Assembly (NCBI GenBank): GCA_002189035.1 | Contig: NEEC01000019.1 | Coordinates: 1,736,001 to 1,800,000, forward strand | Length of the DNA: 64,000 nt | DNA from: Utricularia gibba | Lineage: Eukaryota > Plantae > Magnoliophyta | Reading direction: 5' to 3' | Shown here: positions 47,188-60,108 of the stretch, piece by piece | Layout: each line of letters opens with the position of its first letter | Numbering within the stretch: position 1 is the stretch's first letter | Made by a program: the position numbers and the translations under genes | The notes under the pieces: model-generated | The model's database searches: none | What the model saw: the letters and a program-made list of their open reading frames with translations, nothing else | What the model was told of the DNA's origin: nothing

Positions 47188-49016
47188 ATGGATAACCTTA
47201 ACCCCAACGCCGACAATGCCCCTGAACAAAACCCTACCGATAGCCAACCCCATGAAAACGCCGACGCCGAGGCGAATCGCGCCCAGCGGAGGACGCCTTT
47301 TACGGACCTCAGTCAAGTGGAAGCCGATCTTGTCCTTGCCCGAACTCTCCAGGAGCAGGTTCCCGGAAGTTTTGATTGTTTTGTTTTTTGCACTTTATGT
47401 TAACTGGCCATTCGCGATTTTAACTTGTGATGATTGGGCTCCTTGTTGTACCCTTGATTGTGTCAATATGCTTTCTTTTTTTTGTGTGTTTTAGGTTCGT
47501 TAACAGCTTATGGCCCCTTGTTGAAAATATGCATAATTTTTGTAGTTTGATGTTGTTCAGGTGTAGTTGTTGTTTTGTAAAGGTATCCTATTTTTGATTC
47601 GATGATTTTTACTAGCATGAGAACAATACGAAGCTCCTTACTTTTTCAATTGCAACCATAACATTGCTCTCCTCTCATGGAATATTGGGTGTTGTGTATC
47701 TCTTTCTCTTTCTCGAGCAGGAAAGGGCTTATATGATGCTTACGATGGATGCCAGGGAGAGCAGCGATTATGGGAGTTGGGATGCTGACACTCATGAGCT
47801 TGAATATGAGATTGATGGTAATGATTACGATGATGCTAGTGAAGAAAATTACGATGGCTCAGATGTGGAGTTGGATGATGGGGATGAAGATGCATTTGAT
47901 GTCAATGCTCATGCACAAGAGGTTGAAGAGGAAAACCACAGCGGTGATTTGGATCCTTCTGCTTACTCTAGTGATGAGGCCTATGCAAGAGCCTTGCAGG
48001 ATGCTGAAGATCGGGAGATGGCAGCTAGGTTGCTAGCTATGGCTGGGCTAAATGAAAATATGAGTTAGTCACTTTTGTTTCTTTTTATTTTCTTTTAATT
48101 TGATCCCACCCTGGTGTCTCAAAACCATTAGATGATTGACATTCACTTAATTTCTCTGTAGTGTTAGTTGGGGTTGATGAAGATGAGGAAGAGGAGGAAG
48201 AAGATGATGAAGATGAGCATGGTGGTGATTCTCAGGTAAGATCATGAAGCTGTTTGTTTCTGTTCCTTATTTTCCAAAAGCCATATTTTTATGCAAAAAT
48301 AATAATAATAAAAAATAAAAAATTCCCATGTGTTGTACTTATTTTCTGGTGAACATGTGTAACTTCAGGATGCCTGGGAGGATATTGATCCTGACCATCT
48401 ATCATATGAGGTAACTATCATGGAATCATAGTTGTATGTATTTTTTCGCGCCTTTTGATTTTAATTCCTGTTCCTATATTTTGTAGGAGTTGCTTGCCCT
48501 TGGTGATGTTGTTGGCACTGAAGGTAGAGGCTTATCTTCAGATGCAATTGCTTCATTGCCTTCTATCAAATATAAGTCAGAAGGCACTGATGAAGGAGGC
48601 TGCGAATCGTAAGTTTTTGGAAATAATAGTCTTTTTAATTTGTGGGGTAACACTAACAAAGCCAATTGTTGTGTGCCAGCTGTGTTATATGTAGGCTTGA
48701 ATATGAAGATGGTGACACGTTGACTGCTTTGTCTTGCAAACATTTATACCATCCGGAATGTATAAATAACTGGTTGAAGATAAACAAGGTACACAGATTG
48801 CTGACAAGCAATGTATATATAACGTGAGATTGTTCTACAACAATGCGCAATTTGAATGTAGAGATCAATATGCCATTGTCTGCATGGTGCTTCCCATTCG
48901 AATTTTCACACTGCCTTGACATTCACTTCCCAATGGTCGTGATAATGCTTCCTTGATTGTTTGTGTAGGTTTGTCCTGTGTGCAGCACTGAAGTTTCTGC
49001 CTCTGGAAGGACTTAA
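47188..49016 (+). CDS. E3 ubiquitin ligase BIG BROTHER-related (RING-H2), multi-exon
   Basis: RTPFTDLSQVEADLVLARTLQEQ|ERAYMML; DEAYARALQDAEDREMAARL; DPDHLSYE|ELLALGDVVGTEGRGL; CVICRLEYEDGDTLTALSCKHLYHPECINNWLKINK|VCPVCSTEV. Confidence 0.9.
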
Positions 49017-49774
49017 TGCGGTTACAGGTACGGTACACCTTCCTGCTCTGTTCTCCGCCGAGGACCTTATTCTTGAGCTGAAGGTTGTAATCTCTGATTC
49101 ATTGCATAGGATCTCAGGCTACTAGTTGTACGATTCTCATGAATAATTACACCAAGGCTTTTATTTACTTCTATTTGTTTGATACAATGTGAAATAATCC
49201 CCTGTTCATAATTGTAAGTGTTGGTCTGCCGGCATGGCAAATCACATGAAAACATGATTCTATTAATTCTTTTTTTGAAGAAACGATCAAAGAAGTATCT
49301 TTTACTTGTAATTCTATTTAAAAAGTAATAATTTACATGTAGTGTAAATAAAATATGTAAGAAAAATATGAGATTAGTGTCATTTGTTAATAATATAATG
49401 AAATATTTCAAGCAACTGTTATTTTTTATTTAATAATGCAACTTAGAAAATAATTTGGCTATTAACTTCGCATTTAATTATTAAAAGGATATTATTATTA
49501 TATTATAATAAACTATGTTCAAGTACTTTATACTTAAAAGAGAATAAAAAATAATGAAACAAAAATTTAAATTAAAAGTATTAAAAAAATAAATGAATTA
49601 TAAAATATGAAAAAAAGAAAACATTGTAATTACATTAATGACTATAAAAAACAGATGAATTTGGCGAAAAAAAGCAATTGATTTATTAATTTTGGAGTTA
49701 CGTCTAAAATTCTGTAGATTTATGCGGTCCTAAACTGGAAGCGTGTACTTCTCCCTCAACTGTGGTTGCCGGCG

Positions 49775-50907
49775 ATGACGAGCATCCTCGCTGGTCATAC
49801 TCCGACGCGCCTCCGCGAGCACTTCGACGTGCCCACCACCATCAAATCGCCATTTGAGAATCGAATTCTCTGTTTTGTGCATCACGAGGTTTGTTCTTCC
49901 ATCCGTTCCCCAGTGCCCCCTTTCCGAAACCGCCCCTGCCGCAGACCAGTTTTTGCCTCGAACTCAGAAAACTCAGGTGAAGGAGATGCTAATATTGAAG
50001 ACGATTTGAACCGTATAGATCCTGTAAGTTGTATTTTTCGAAATACATATGATTCTATTCATTCTAAGTCCTAGTTTTTTCGAACAGGTTAGCAGCGACA
50101 AATTGAGGGAAAATCTCGAGAAAATGGTTGGCGGTGATGACTCCAGTTTTAGCGGAATTGATCTAGCGACCCTTATCCGGAACAAGTATGGAAGATCTTA
50201 CGATGTTCAATTGATAAAGAAGGTGAATAACAATGTGAATCTGATGAAGGGACTACCCAACTCCGTTGCTGTTTACTGCTTTTTCACATCCACTTTTATG
50301 CAGGAGTTCATGGGTCGCAATCTTCTTGCTATGAATGTTATGTGGAAATACAGGGAGCAGGTTAGCTGAAACTTTACTTAAAAACAACTGCTGCATGCTC
50401 CTTATCTTTACACCCAATGAATCGTGTTAAGTGTTGGAAAAAGATATTGGCGTTACCCAACTGCTGTGAGTGCGGTTCATTTCTGCGGTGAACTGATCCT
50501 GCACTTACGCCCCATCGGGATCTTGAAATTTTATGATAAGGTGCTTATAAACCTATAAAAAAGTAGGAATGAATAGTTTACTTACATCAATGGATTGGTG
50601 TTCTCAGAGATCATTTCCACTTAGTGAAGAAGAGTATATTTTGAGACTGGACGATGTGGCTAATATGTTAAAATGCTGGGGAGCTGTGTCACATGTAAGA
50701 AACAGCCTTGAGAAGGTGAAAGAACGTCCTCGGATTGGAAAGGTAGATAGCTGATGGCACCCAGCTCTCTTGGTCCTCTTCTTGGTTTTTACTTACTGAA
50801 AATTCCTTTTAAACTGTCTATCTTTTGTGCTGGTGGTGCAGGCGGTGAGCATTTTTATTGATATGGATGAAACCGGGGGACGTGCCAATGAGTGGATATA
50901 CAAGTAG
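49775..50907 (+). CDS. DUF3067-family, probably chloroplast-targeted protein, multi-exon
   Basis: Transit-peptide-like N-terminus; LIRNKYGRSYDVQLIKK|EFMGRNLLAMNVMWKYREQ|RSFPLSEEEYILRLDDVAN...ERPRIGK|AVSIFIDMDETGGRANEWIYK*. Confidence 0.82.
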
Positions 50908-51668
50908 CCTAAGGCTGCTGTTAGAATGGAAAGTCTTTGTTGATTGTGTTGTAGATATCTCTGATCTTGGACCAGTCTGGAAATGAAGTTTATGTGTATA
51001 AGTTGCAATCAAACTGGCCGCAAGTTTTGCAATGAAGGTGAGTACCACCACCCATCATGGTTCTCTTTCCGACACCCCAATGATTCCCTTCGCCAATTTC
51101 GGTTTGATTCCACGTCTTCCTCATCTTAAAGTTCATTCTGTTAGTTCTCTGATTTAATTGCAACTTTGGATCGAATACATGTTTGAAATGAATATATGTG
51201 TGAACTCTCCCCGCCTACTGTTGAAGTTCTACGCATCCTAATTCTACAGCACGGCTAATGCAGTAAGATATTTGGATGCTGAACAGAATCTCACGTTTCG
51301 TACTGTAGCTAAGTGCCTGCTTAACTTTTACTCTTTTATTTCGAGGGAAGTGCCTGCAAGCTTTTCTAATCCCATTCACTGAACACAATCAACCGCTCTT
51401 TTTGGTTTGATTCTTTTTAATTTTGCACGTGTTGATTAAGGGGATAATGTGTCCCCCATGAATGGAAAGATGCCATTTCGCCATAGATTTGGATGCCAAT
51501 GTCCCTAAGCCAATCACGTCCGTTACAGAAGACTTGGATGCTCATTGCAACTTGGGAGACAAGCAACTGTTCATACATTCCGCGTTCCTATTCCCCTTTT
51601 TGTTTCCTGCATCATCTCCTTCTCTATATAAAGTATCAGACTGTAACACCTTCATCTCAAAGCAAAGG

Positions 51669-53198
51669 ATGAACAATACCCTCGTGGGATTGTACCCTGT
51701 TATCCTAATGATAGTTATTGATATAGCTTTTGCTGTTAGTAACATACTTGTGAAGGAAATTGTTGGTGAAGGATTCGATCACTTGGTGTTTGTAACATAC
51801 CGGCAAATTGTTGCTGTGCTGTTTCTAGCCCCGATTGCCTTCTTCCTCGAGAGGTTAGACAGTTTACCTGCTACTGCTTCATTGCACTTGCTTATCAGTA
51901 GTTTGTAACTTCAACTTGTTCTTCGTATTGCTAACTGCTTACTGCTTGTTTGTCTCTGACTTGCGCTGCTTTGCAGGAAGACTCAGCCCAGACTCACTTT
52001 CAGAATCATGTCTCAACTCTTCCTCAGTGCGTTGTTGGGGTCAGTTCACGATCCCAGTTGATGAAAAACATAGCTGGTCTCCGGAATGATAACTCTTTGA
52101 TCCTTCTCCAGGGCAACTGTACCCCAATATCTCTTCCTTCTGGGGATAGAAAACACATCTGCAACATTTGCTTGCGCTTTCCTGAACATGGTGCCCGTTT
52201 TCACGTTCATAATGGCTTCACTCCTGGGGTAAGTAACAGTTGGATTGTTTTTCTCCGGTTTCATCTTCTCCACTGCATAATATGTGCCTCACAAGAACAA
52301 ATCCTTCGGTGTGTTCAGGCAAGAAGAGGTGAAGCTGAGGGAGAAGAGCGGAATCATGAAGCTTGTGGGCGCATTAGTGTGCATCGGTGGTGTAATTCTA
52401 TTAACTTGCTTCAAGGGAACACCGCTGATTCACTTCTCAAGAGAACAACCTGTAGATTCCAATCCCAACTCAAAGAAATGGGCGTTCGGTTCAATGGCGT
52501 TGCTAGCAGGGACGCTGTGCTGGTCCTCCTGGTTCCTTCTGCAAGCAAGATTAGGGAAGACATATCCCTTCCAATACTCGAGCACGGCCTTTATGTCGCT
52601 GTTCAGCGCTCTACAGTCAGCCGTAGTCTGCTTATCCATAGACAAAGATGCCTCCATCTGGTTCTTGAAAAGAAACTCCGACATACTCATCATTCTCTTC
52701 ACTGTAAGAAGACCAGCCAACTGTTCTCTAACATGACCCAGCTTTCATTCCTTTTCTCTGTTACTGACACACGGAAGAGCCTGCCTTACAGGGAATCATA
52801 GCATCGGGATTGTGCTTCGCGGGGATGGCGTGGTGCGTCAAAACACGGGGCCCTGTTTTCACGGCGGCGTTCAGTCCACTGGTGCAAATCATGGCCGCTG
52901 CATATGAAGTCCCAGTGTTTAAAGAGCAGCTGCATCTGGGAAGGTCTGCTCTCCAACGTCGTTGCTCTCATCATTGAGCTGCATCCACTTGTTATCGAAT
53001 TCACCCGAATCTTGTTGCATGTTACACAGTGTAGTAGGATCGGGTGCCGTGGTTGCAGGACTGTACCTTCTCCTATGGGGAAAAGATGGCGACATGAAGA
53101 GGAATCAACAAATGATAAGCACAAGTGAAGAAGAGATCAAAGAAGAAGACAGAGAATCACAAATCATCAAGATCTGTTCTGAACAGAAAAACCCCTAA
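51669..53198 (+). CDS. WAT1-related / UMAMIT (EamA) transporter, multi-exon
   Basis: GFDHLVFVTYRQIVAVLFLAPIAFFLER; TSATFACAFLNMVPVFTF; KLVGALVCIGGVILLT; WFLLQARLGKTYP.QYSST; GPVFTAAFSPL; VAGLYLLLWGK. Confidence 0.9.
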
Positions 53199-54979
53199 CA
53201 ATCTCAGAATCCTCTGTAACTTGTGTGCATGTAACCTGAAGTCCTCAACAGGACGCCATTCAAACATCATTCTCATCGACATTGACCACAAAAGGCATCA
53301 ACAAAGACTCCTCCTTTGGATAACCATGATTATTCTTTTGAAAAAAAAAGCATTTTAATAATAAAAATAATTTATTTATTTTAAAAAGATCAAAAAGTTA
53401 AAAAATATTTTTTATTTTTTAGAATAGCCACATTCAAAAATTATATAAACACGAAATTAGATTAAGCATGGGATAAGAAAACAATTTTGCCCTTCCACAG
53501 AAACCCTAACCCCCAAAATATGAGCCCCGGCGGCGACGACGTGAAGAGAGAAAAGGCAAGGCAACAGTGTCGGAGAAGAGAAAATGAAGCTACCGAAGCA
53601 CAGTGAAACACCGACGCCTCCCATTGACTTCAAACCTCCGATGCCTCACAACACTGCTGCCTTCTCTCCCACTCGAGTTGTCTTTCGATGGCTGAGAGAA
53701 GAAGATACCTGAAATTCCGTTCCACGGCCACGTAGATCTGTTCGGGCATGTGCAATGTGTTCTGGTGCCACTTTGATAAGAGGCCGACACGAAGGATTTC
53801 TGTGGGTTCACTTTGTCCACTCGACGACGCTCGGAGCAAGAGGGCATTCGATGGGGAAATTTTGTAAAATACCCTTGTCAGATAAATTTTGTTACCCATA
53901 TACCCTTCCCTCGTTAATGCATTTGTTATTTACCCTTTTTATCATTTTTTATTGGCAATTTACCTTAGTTAGTGTATTTCTTTGTGTTTTACCCTTTTTT
54001 ACATTTTTATTAACAATTTACCTTCAACTTTCATTTATTTTGGCCATTTACCTTTTTATACATTTTTTTAGTAATTTACCTTAAGTATTCATTTTTATTG
54101 ATAATTTAGTTTATTAGCCATTTATTATATTCGTTCAAAAGTAATTGACATAAATAATAAATAACATATATAGTATTGTTAATCAAATAAAGATTAAATA
54201 TTATATTATATTTAATTATATATATATATATATATTAAAATAATCAAAATAATTATAGTTATTGTGTTTGAATAATTATTATCAAGTTCAAAATATAGAT
54301 TAAATAAAAATTAAAAATATTATAGTTATTTAATTATATCGATTAAAATAATCAAAATAAAATATTATGTTTGAATGGTTATTATCAAGTTCAAAAATGT
54401 AAAAATGCATAAATAAATAATTTATCAACATCATTTCTTCTTGTCGTTCCTTGATAGTCCAAAATGCTGTCCCAAACATCCCAAATGAGATTTTTGTGAT
54501 GATCTCAATAATGAATCAGATGGGATGGTCATAGAAGTAAATGTGAGCGTTGATGGTTGAGGATGCCACAAAGAATTTCTAGCATCAGTATAGCGTGAGG
54601 TATCAGGTCTACTACTTTCTCCTTAATATGATGAATGTATGGATGCTTGTGATCCAACATGAGAATCATAGGGCAATAGCATCTGTTATCTCGTCTTTGG
54701 GGTAGCATACATGATACGTGTCGTTTCCACAACAAATTTTAATACTTTTAAAACTCGTAAAACATTAAAGCGTAGTACGGGTGTCGAACACAGGAAGTTG
54801 TTTTTGAGTGAAAGGTGAGGCACCCCGAATACAACTGTCACGATTTGTAAACGGTTTTGAAGTTAAAAGGTGCGAGAAACGTTGATGATGAAGCTTGAGT
54901 AAAGGAAAGAGAGAGGTTTTGAGCAAACAACTAAAATGAACGTAAACGATGAACCTTAAATAAAGTAAATGTTCCTGGG

Positions 54980-55850
54980 TTTGGAATCTTGTCCAGCTAT
55001 GTTCGTCGAGTCTTCACTCTTCTCTGGTTCTCTCGAGTACTCAGTTATAGAAGTAAAGAATTGTCTACCCTCCCTTACACTCTCTTGCAAGAAGGCATGA
55101 GAATAGCCCGGTGTTACTCCCCTTGGACGAACGTGAGAATAAGAGGTCCTGCCAACGTACCCTCACGGCCGAATTGTGCGCGTGTACCCAAGTGTTGCCA
55201 ATGACCCAATGAGTCTAGATACGAGGTCACTACCTGTCCATTGATCCTGAGGTACGGCCACAGACAAAACGTTGTCTTCCTCCTGCCAAAAGGACTCGAG
55301 TTGGTGCTTTCCACCTTGCTCCTCTCCAAAATCCGTGGATAGTGATCAGCTAACCATGAACCTTGAATAAGGGGACTGTTACAGAAAGACTGCAACATAG
55401 TCGCGCGAAGGCATACGAAACCCGTTCGGATTCAGAGAAAATGTGAAGATAAGCTAACGATACATAAATCTGGGGGTGTTCCAACCCAGAAACGTAAGTT
55501 TCTAGCCGCGAACGGCCATACAAACTAAAGGAAACGAAACAAGGTTCTAGAGAGAAGCTAGAGGAAAATTACTCTAGAGAGAGAAACAAAAGGGAAATTA
55601 AACTGAAAGTAAATTAAACTTGTCTGAACATAACTGAACTTCATTGAGAGTCTGAGCTTTCGTGTCCCTATGATTCTGTTGAACTTGGGATGACTTGCAA
55701 GCAACGTCTGACACTGGTACGCTAATGATGCCGCCTGTCAGAGACTCTCGTGTTCCGCACGTCAAGGCTCATGATTAGGTGTCTGCAGTCTTCCGGAAAT
55801 CAAGGTAATGTCAGCTCGGGAAGATCCAATTTGTCGCCATCTGATGCCCT
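54980..55850. mobile_element. GC-richer insert inside the MULE, possibly LTR-retrotransposon-derived
   Basis: Composition shift; purine tract GAATAAGGGGAC (55365-55376) followed by TGTTACA, as at a PPT/3'-LTR junction; no second LTR or TSD found. Confidence 0.3.
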
Positions 55851-56075
55851 CTTTTTCTCACTTATGTGCCTCTAAAAAAACTCAATTAAAACTATTAAAA
55901 TTAATAGATAAAATACAAGATTTAAGATAATTAACCTAAACTAGATAAGAACCTAAATCTCATATTATAGACTCTTAATTAGACAGTCCTAATCATAATT
56001 AAGCATAAAAACAATCTAAGAATTAGTAATAAAATGACACTTAACAATACACCTTGAAGGGCAAGGTGAATCACG

Positions 56076-58405
56076 TCAATGTATCGTCTCATGATAAGAT
56101 TGATCAGGAGGTTGAGAATTGAGATCCATAGCATCTGATTCATTTGTAACACCCTTATGGCGTCTCCCTGAATTCTGAAAGTCTGCAAGTCCCTTGTGCC
56201 TTGTCGAATTACTTCGGCCACGTTTTGTTTGCTTTCTTGATGGATCAACTTGAAATAAAAATGGTGCTGGTGCCCAATAACGTTCATCTCGTACCGGCTG
56301 AACTTGAGTATTATATGTATTCACCAAATATGAAACCTTATAATACTCGCTCGTCTGATCTCTTGGGTTTATCTGAAATTGATGACAAGCCTACATTATT
56401 GTAAGAGTGAATATCATTATCAATATATAGTTAATAAATCATTGAAATAAATTGGATATCCTACCTTTTGTGCATGAGCACATGGATATCTATCAAGTTG
56501 CCAAACTCCACAATCACATGTCTGCTCTCGAACGCATACCCTATTAGTTGTTGTACCATGAGGGCCTACTAATTTAACTTCTGCAACCATATTTCTTGTA
56601 TCATATATTGTGCACGTAAGCAAAGAAAGTTTTCTGCAGGCCTCCTCATACTTCTTAATAACTTGATCACTAAAGGGAATCCCTTTATTTTGTTTATGGA
56701 GTGCATCTACCCTATGCCGTTCAAAATATTGTCGAGCCTTCTCAAATATCACATAAATAAAGATATATACATATGATTATTGCAATATATAATAAATTAT
56801 ATTGATAATGAGATTACCTTAGCAATCCATGTAGGTGGAAGACGTCGACTCTCTCGAAGTACATTATTTAAGGACTCCGCATGATTAGTAGTCATTATTG
56901 TATGTCTGATCATCAAAAGATAAATTTAATATAATATATATAAATCAAATTATTTAAAATATAATATAAATATAAAATAAAAAGAAGTATCTATAGGTTC
57001 CATCATAAAGCATCGTCCATTCCTCGTATGGGATATTATTCATGTACTCTGCTGCTTTTGAGGATCTGCATGCCAACAAGTTCATTGCATGCGTGAAATC
57101 TATCACATTCTGAGCATATGCTACTTGCATAATCAATTGTGAAATTCCTTTGGATTTTGAGCCAATATGACTCATGCAATTCTTTCTTATGTGAAATACA
57201 CACCATCTATGTATTCCATGAGGAGGATTGAATCGTGGATAAGTTTCATAAGCAGAAACGAGTCTTGAACCATGATCACTTATCACACAAACTCCCTGTC
57301 TTCCACGGACTACATGTATATCCAACATTCGTAAAAACCATGCCCAATCAGATCCAAACTCCCACGGGACTATTGCATACGCGATAGGACATACACAGTT
57401 ATTAGCATCAACAACAACAACTACCAGGAGCTTATAATTATATCGTCCATAAAGATGAGAATCATCAATACATAAGACCGGACGACAATAATGAAAGGCA
57501 TTCACTGAAAATCCATAAGCCCAAAATACACGATGTAGTAAATTGATACCATCTTCACCCATAATAGACTTAAATTTCACAATAGTTCCAGGATTTTGTT
57601 TACGCACCTCCATAAGATATCGTGGGAGATCCGGAGTTGATGTTTCCCATGAACCATATTGTAATTCATATGCCCGCATTAAACAAGCCCATGGATGCCA
57701 ATATTTCACTTCATAATGGAATTTCTCATTAATGATCATCATAACTCCCTTAGCTTTCAATTGAGGGTGTAGTAGAGGAACTAAACGAGGAGCAATATAT
57801 TTAATGGACAAGTTGACATGTGTATTATTGCCCAATTCTGATGTGATATCACATGTATGAGGATGCACAAATTTAGTAATTTTCCACTTACCCGTCCGTT
57901 TCTGAATACCCGCACGTTTCTGAATACCTGCACACAAGTAGAATGGACAAATGATTTTTTCAGAGTGAGCTTGAGCACAATGTATCCTATATTGAGCATT
58001 ATCATTCTTTTTCACCTTAAATTCACTTTGAGCCACATAAATATGATATTTCACAACCGCATCATTTAAGTTTTGTCTATCTTTGAAATGCATACCTTCT
58101 CGTAACTCCATTCTTTCTTCATTGTAGTAATCTATTTCCATTGATGTATCAAAACTATCTACATAATAGAAGTCATCTTCATCATGATGAAAAGTATTTT
58201 GGTTGTTTGACTGTAAGGTTGAATTATATTGTTGATGTAAATTACTAGGAGATTCAAAATCTTGATCCTCAATAATATCTTCAGGACTAGGAATTTGCTC
58301 ATCAGTTGAATTCTCAGACAAATGATCAAAGTCAGCATATGAATATTCAGGAAATGTATGATCCTCTTCATCATCATATAAATAAGAGATTCTTTGAGAA
58401 TTCAT
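56076..58405 (-). pseudogene. MuDRA-like transposase, probably inactive
   Basis: MuDR N-domain; CIDDSHL / VISDH / CVFH / MTTNHAESLN (DDE and CxxH); SWIM CDCGVWQLDRYPCAHA; KRGR..STR. First intron donor reads AT (56990) and second acceptor lacks AG. Confidence 0.85.
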
Positions 58406-60108
58406 ATAGTCATAAGGGCCTACATGATGAAAATATATAATAATTAGGTGCTTATGATAATATTTAATGAATCAAAATATCAGATAACTAATTTATGGAA
58501 TAGTTGAATATTGTAATTTTTAAAATTATTTAGAAATTTACATAGTTTCTGATTTTTACTTTAATAATTTACTCATTATACAAAAATCTTTTATAAAAAT
58601 ATACATTTTTAATGATAATTATAAGCATATCATTATTTGAGAATTTTATCAAAACTTATTAATTATTATAGAACAAAGAATTTAAAATATAAATATTTCT
58701 AATTACATTAAAAGTAATTATTTTAAATTTAGTGATAAAAGAATTTTTATATTTTAATATCATATTTTTACAACTCTATCATTCAATATAAAGAAAGAAT
58801 ATTTATTAATTTATACAACCAAGAAAACAAGTGATCTTTTTATTTTTCTAATGTTTTTTCAGCTTTATTTATTACTAAAAAATCAATATAGATGAAGAAT
58901 TTATTAGATTTTCAAGGCTAGTTGCAATTAAAATCATAAAAATGAAAATTTTAAATTTATTGAAGTGACGGCTAGTTTAATTACATGTTTGGGTAGTTCT
59001 AAATTTTCAAACCAGACAAATGAAAGTTCTCTAATATTTGAAATCAATAAAAATTTATTTTAACTATTCAATCCAAAAAATATTAAGAATGACCATTTAT
59101 TTGATATTGTTTTAAACACTACCAAATCTATATATCAACTTCATTGTAAGATGGAATAACATTTTCTGGTTGCTCTCTTCTTTTGGATCCACGATTCTCT
59201 AATTTCTGTTTAGCATGAAATGAAAAAGATATAATGATTATAAGTATAATTGATTTTCTAACAAAAATCAAGATGCTACAAAATAAATGTAAAAGAATCA
59301 CATGACCTTCATAAAAGGGATGAGATTGACTTCCTTCACCGCAATGCCCCTTACTAGCTATATGGAACGAAAAGCCGATATTTCGTCTTTGAACAAACCT
59401 GAAGAATAAATGTTAACTAGTGACCCCTATTTCCCCCTATTTAAAGCCTCCAAGAAACATAGGAGTTAACGTCATTCATTTAAAAATGACATAGTTATTA
59501 ACGCCATGTAAAAAAAATGAAATAATAATATTTAAGAAGGACATAGTTATTCACGTCATACAAAAAAGAAATGAAATAATAATTTTTAAAATAGAAAGTA
59601 AGGTAAAATATAAATAAAATACGAAAATGAAGGTATATTACCAATTATGTTGAAATTGTTAAGGTAAAATCTCATTACATCCTTTAGTTGAGGTATTTTA
59701 AAAATAGTTACAAAAGATCAGGTAAATTACCAATTAAATTATAAAATTAAGGTAAAATAATAATAAATTTCAAAAATAAGGTAATGCGAAAATTTAAAAA
59801 AAAAATCAGGGTAGATAACCTATTATCTCGCATTCGATGCCCTCGAGGATGTCTTTGGGCTGCCTTGGTGTTGGGACTTGGGCCCGGCCCAACATTTGGC
59901 ATTACTACATAACAGAGTCCACATCTCCGTACGATAATTCCATGATGTTGAAAATTGGCACCACGACGGATGGTACGGGTACTGTTACCTGTCCACACCA
60001 CACGCACCCACTCCTACAATAATAAATCGACACCCAAAAAAGTGCCTCTGGGGGGATTCGTCTGTCTGCTTCCAGTTTTCGCTTTTCAAGAAACCCGGTG
60101 GTCCGGGG

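Larger units (their letters stand above)
53854..59829. mobile_element. Mutator-like (MULE) DNA transposon, 5,976 bp
   Basis: Perfect 10-bp TSD GCATTCGATG at 53844-53853 and 59830-59839; degenerate long TIRs (GGGAAATTTTGTAAAATACCC vs reverse complement GAGATAATAGGTTATCTACCC) with TTTACC/GGTAAA repeats; internal transposase. Confidence 0.92.

Noticed and set aside
56201-56404. Plus-strand 67-aa ORF inside the MULE
   Set aside because: Antisense to the transposase C-terminal exon; shadow ORF
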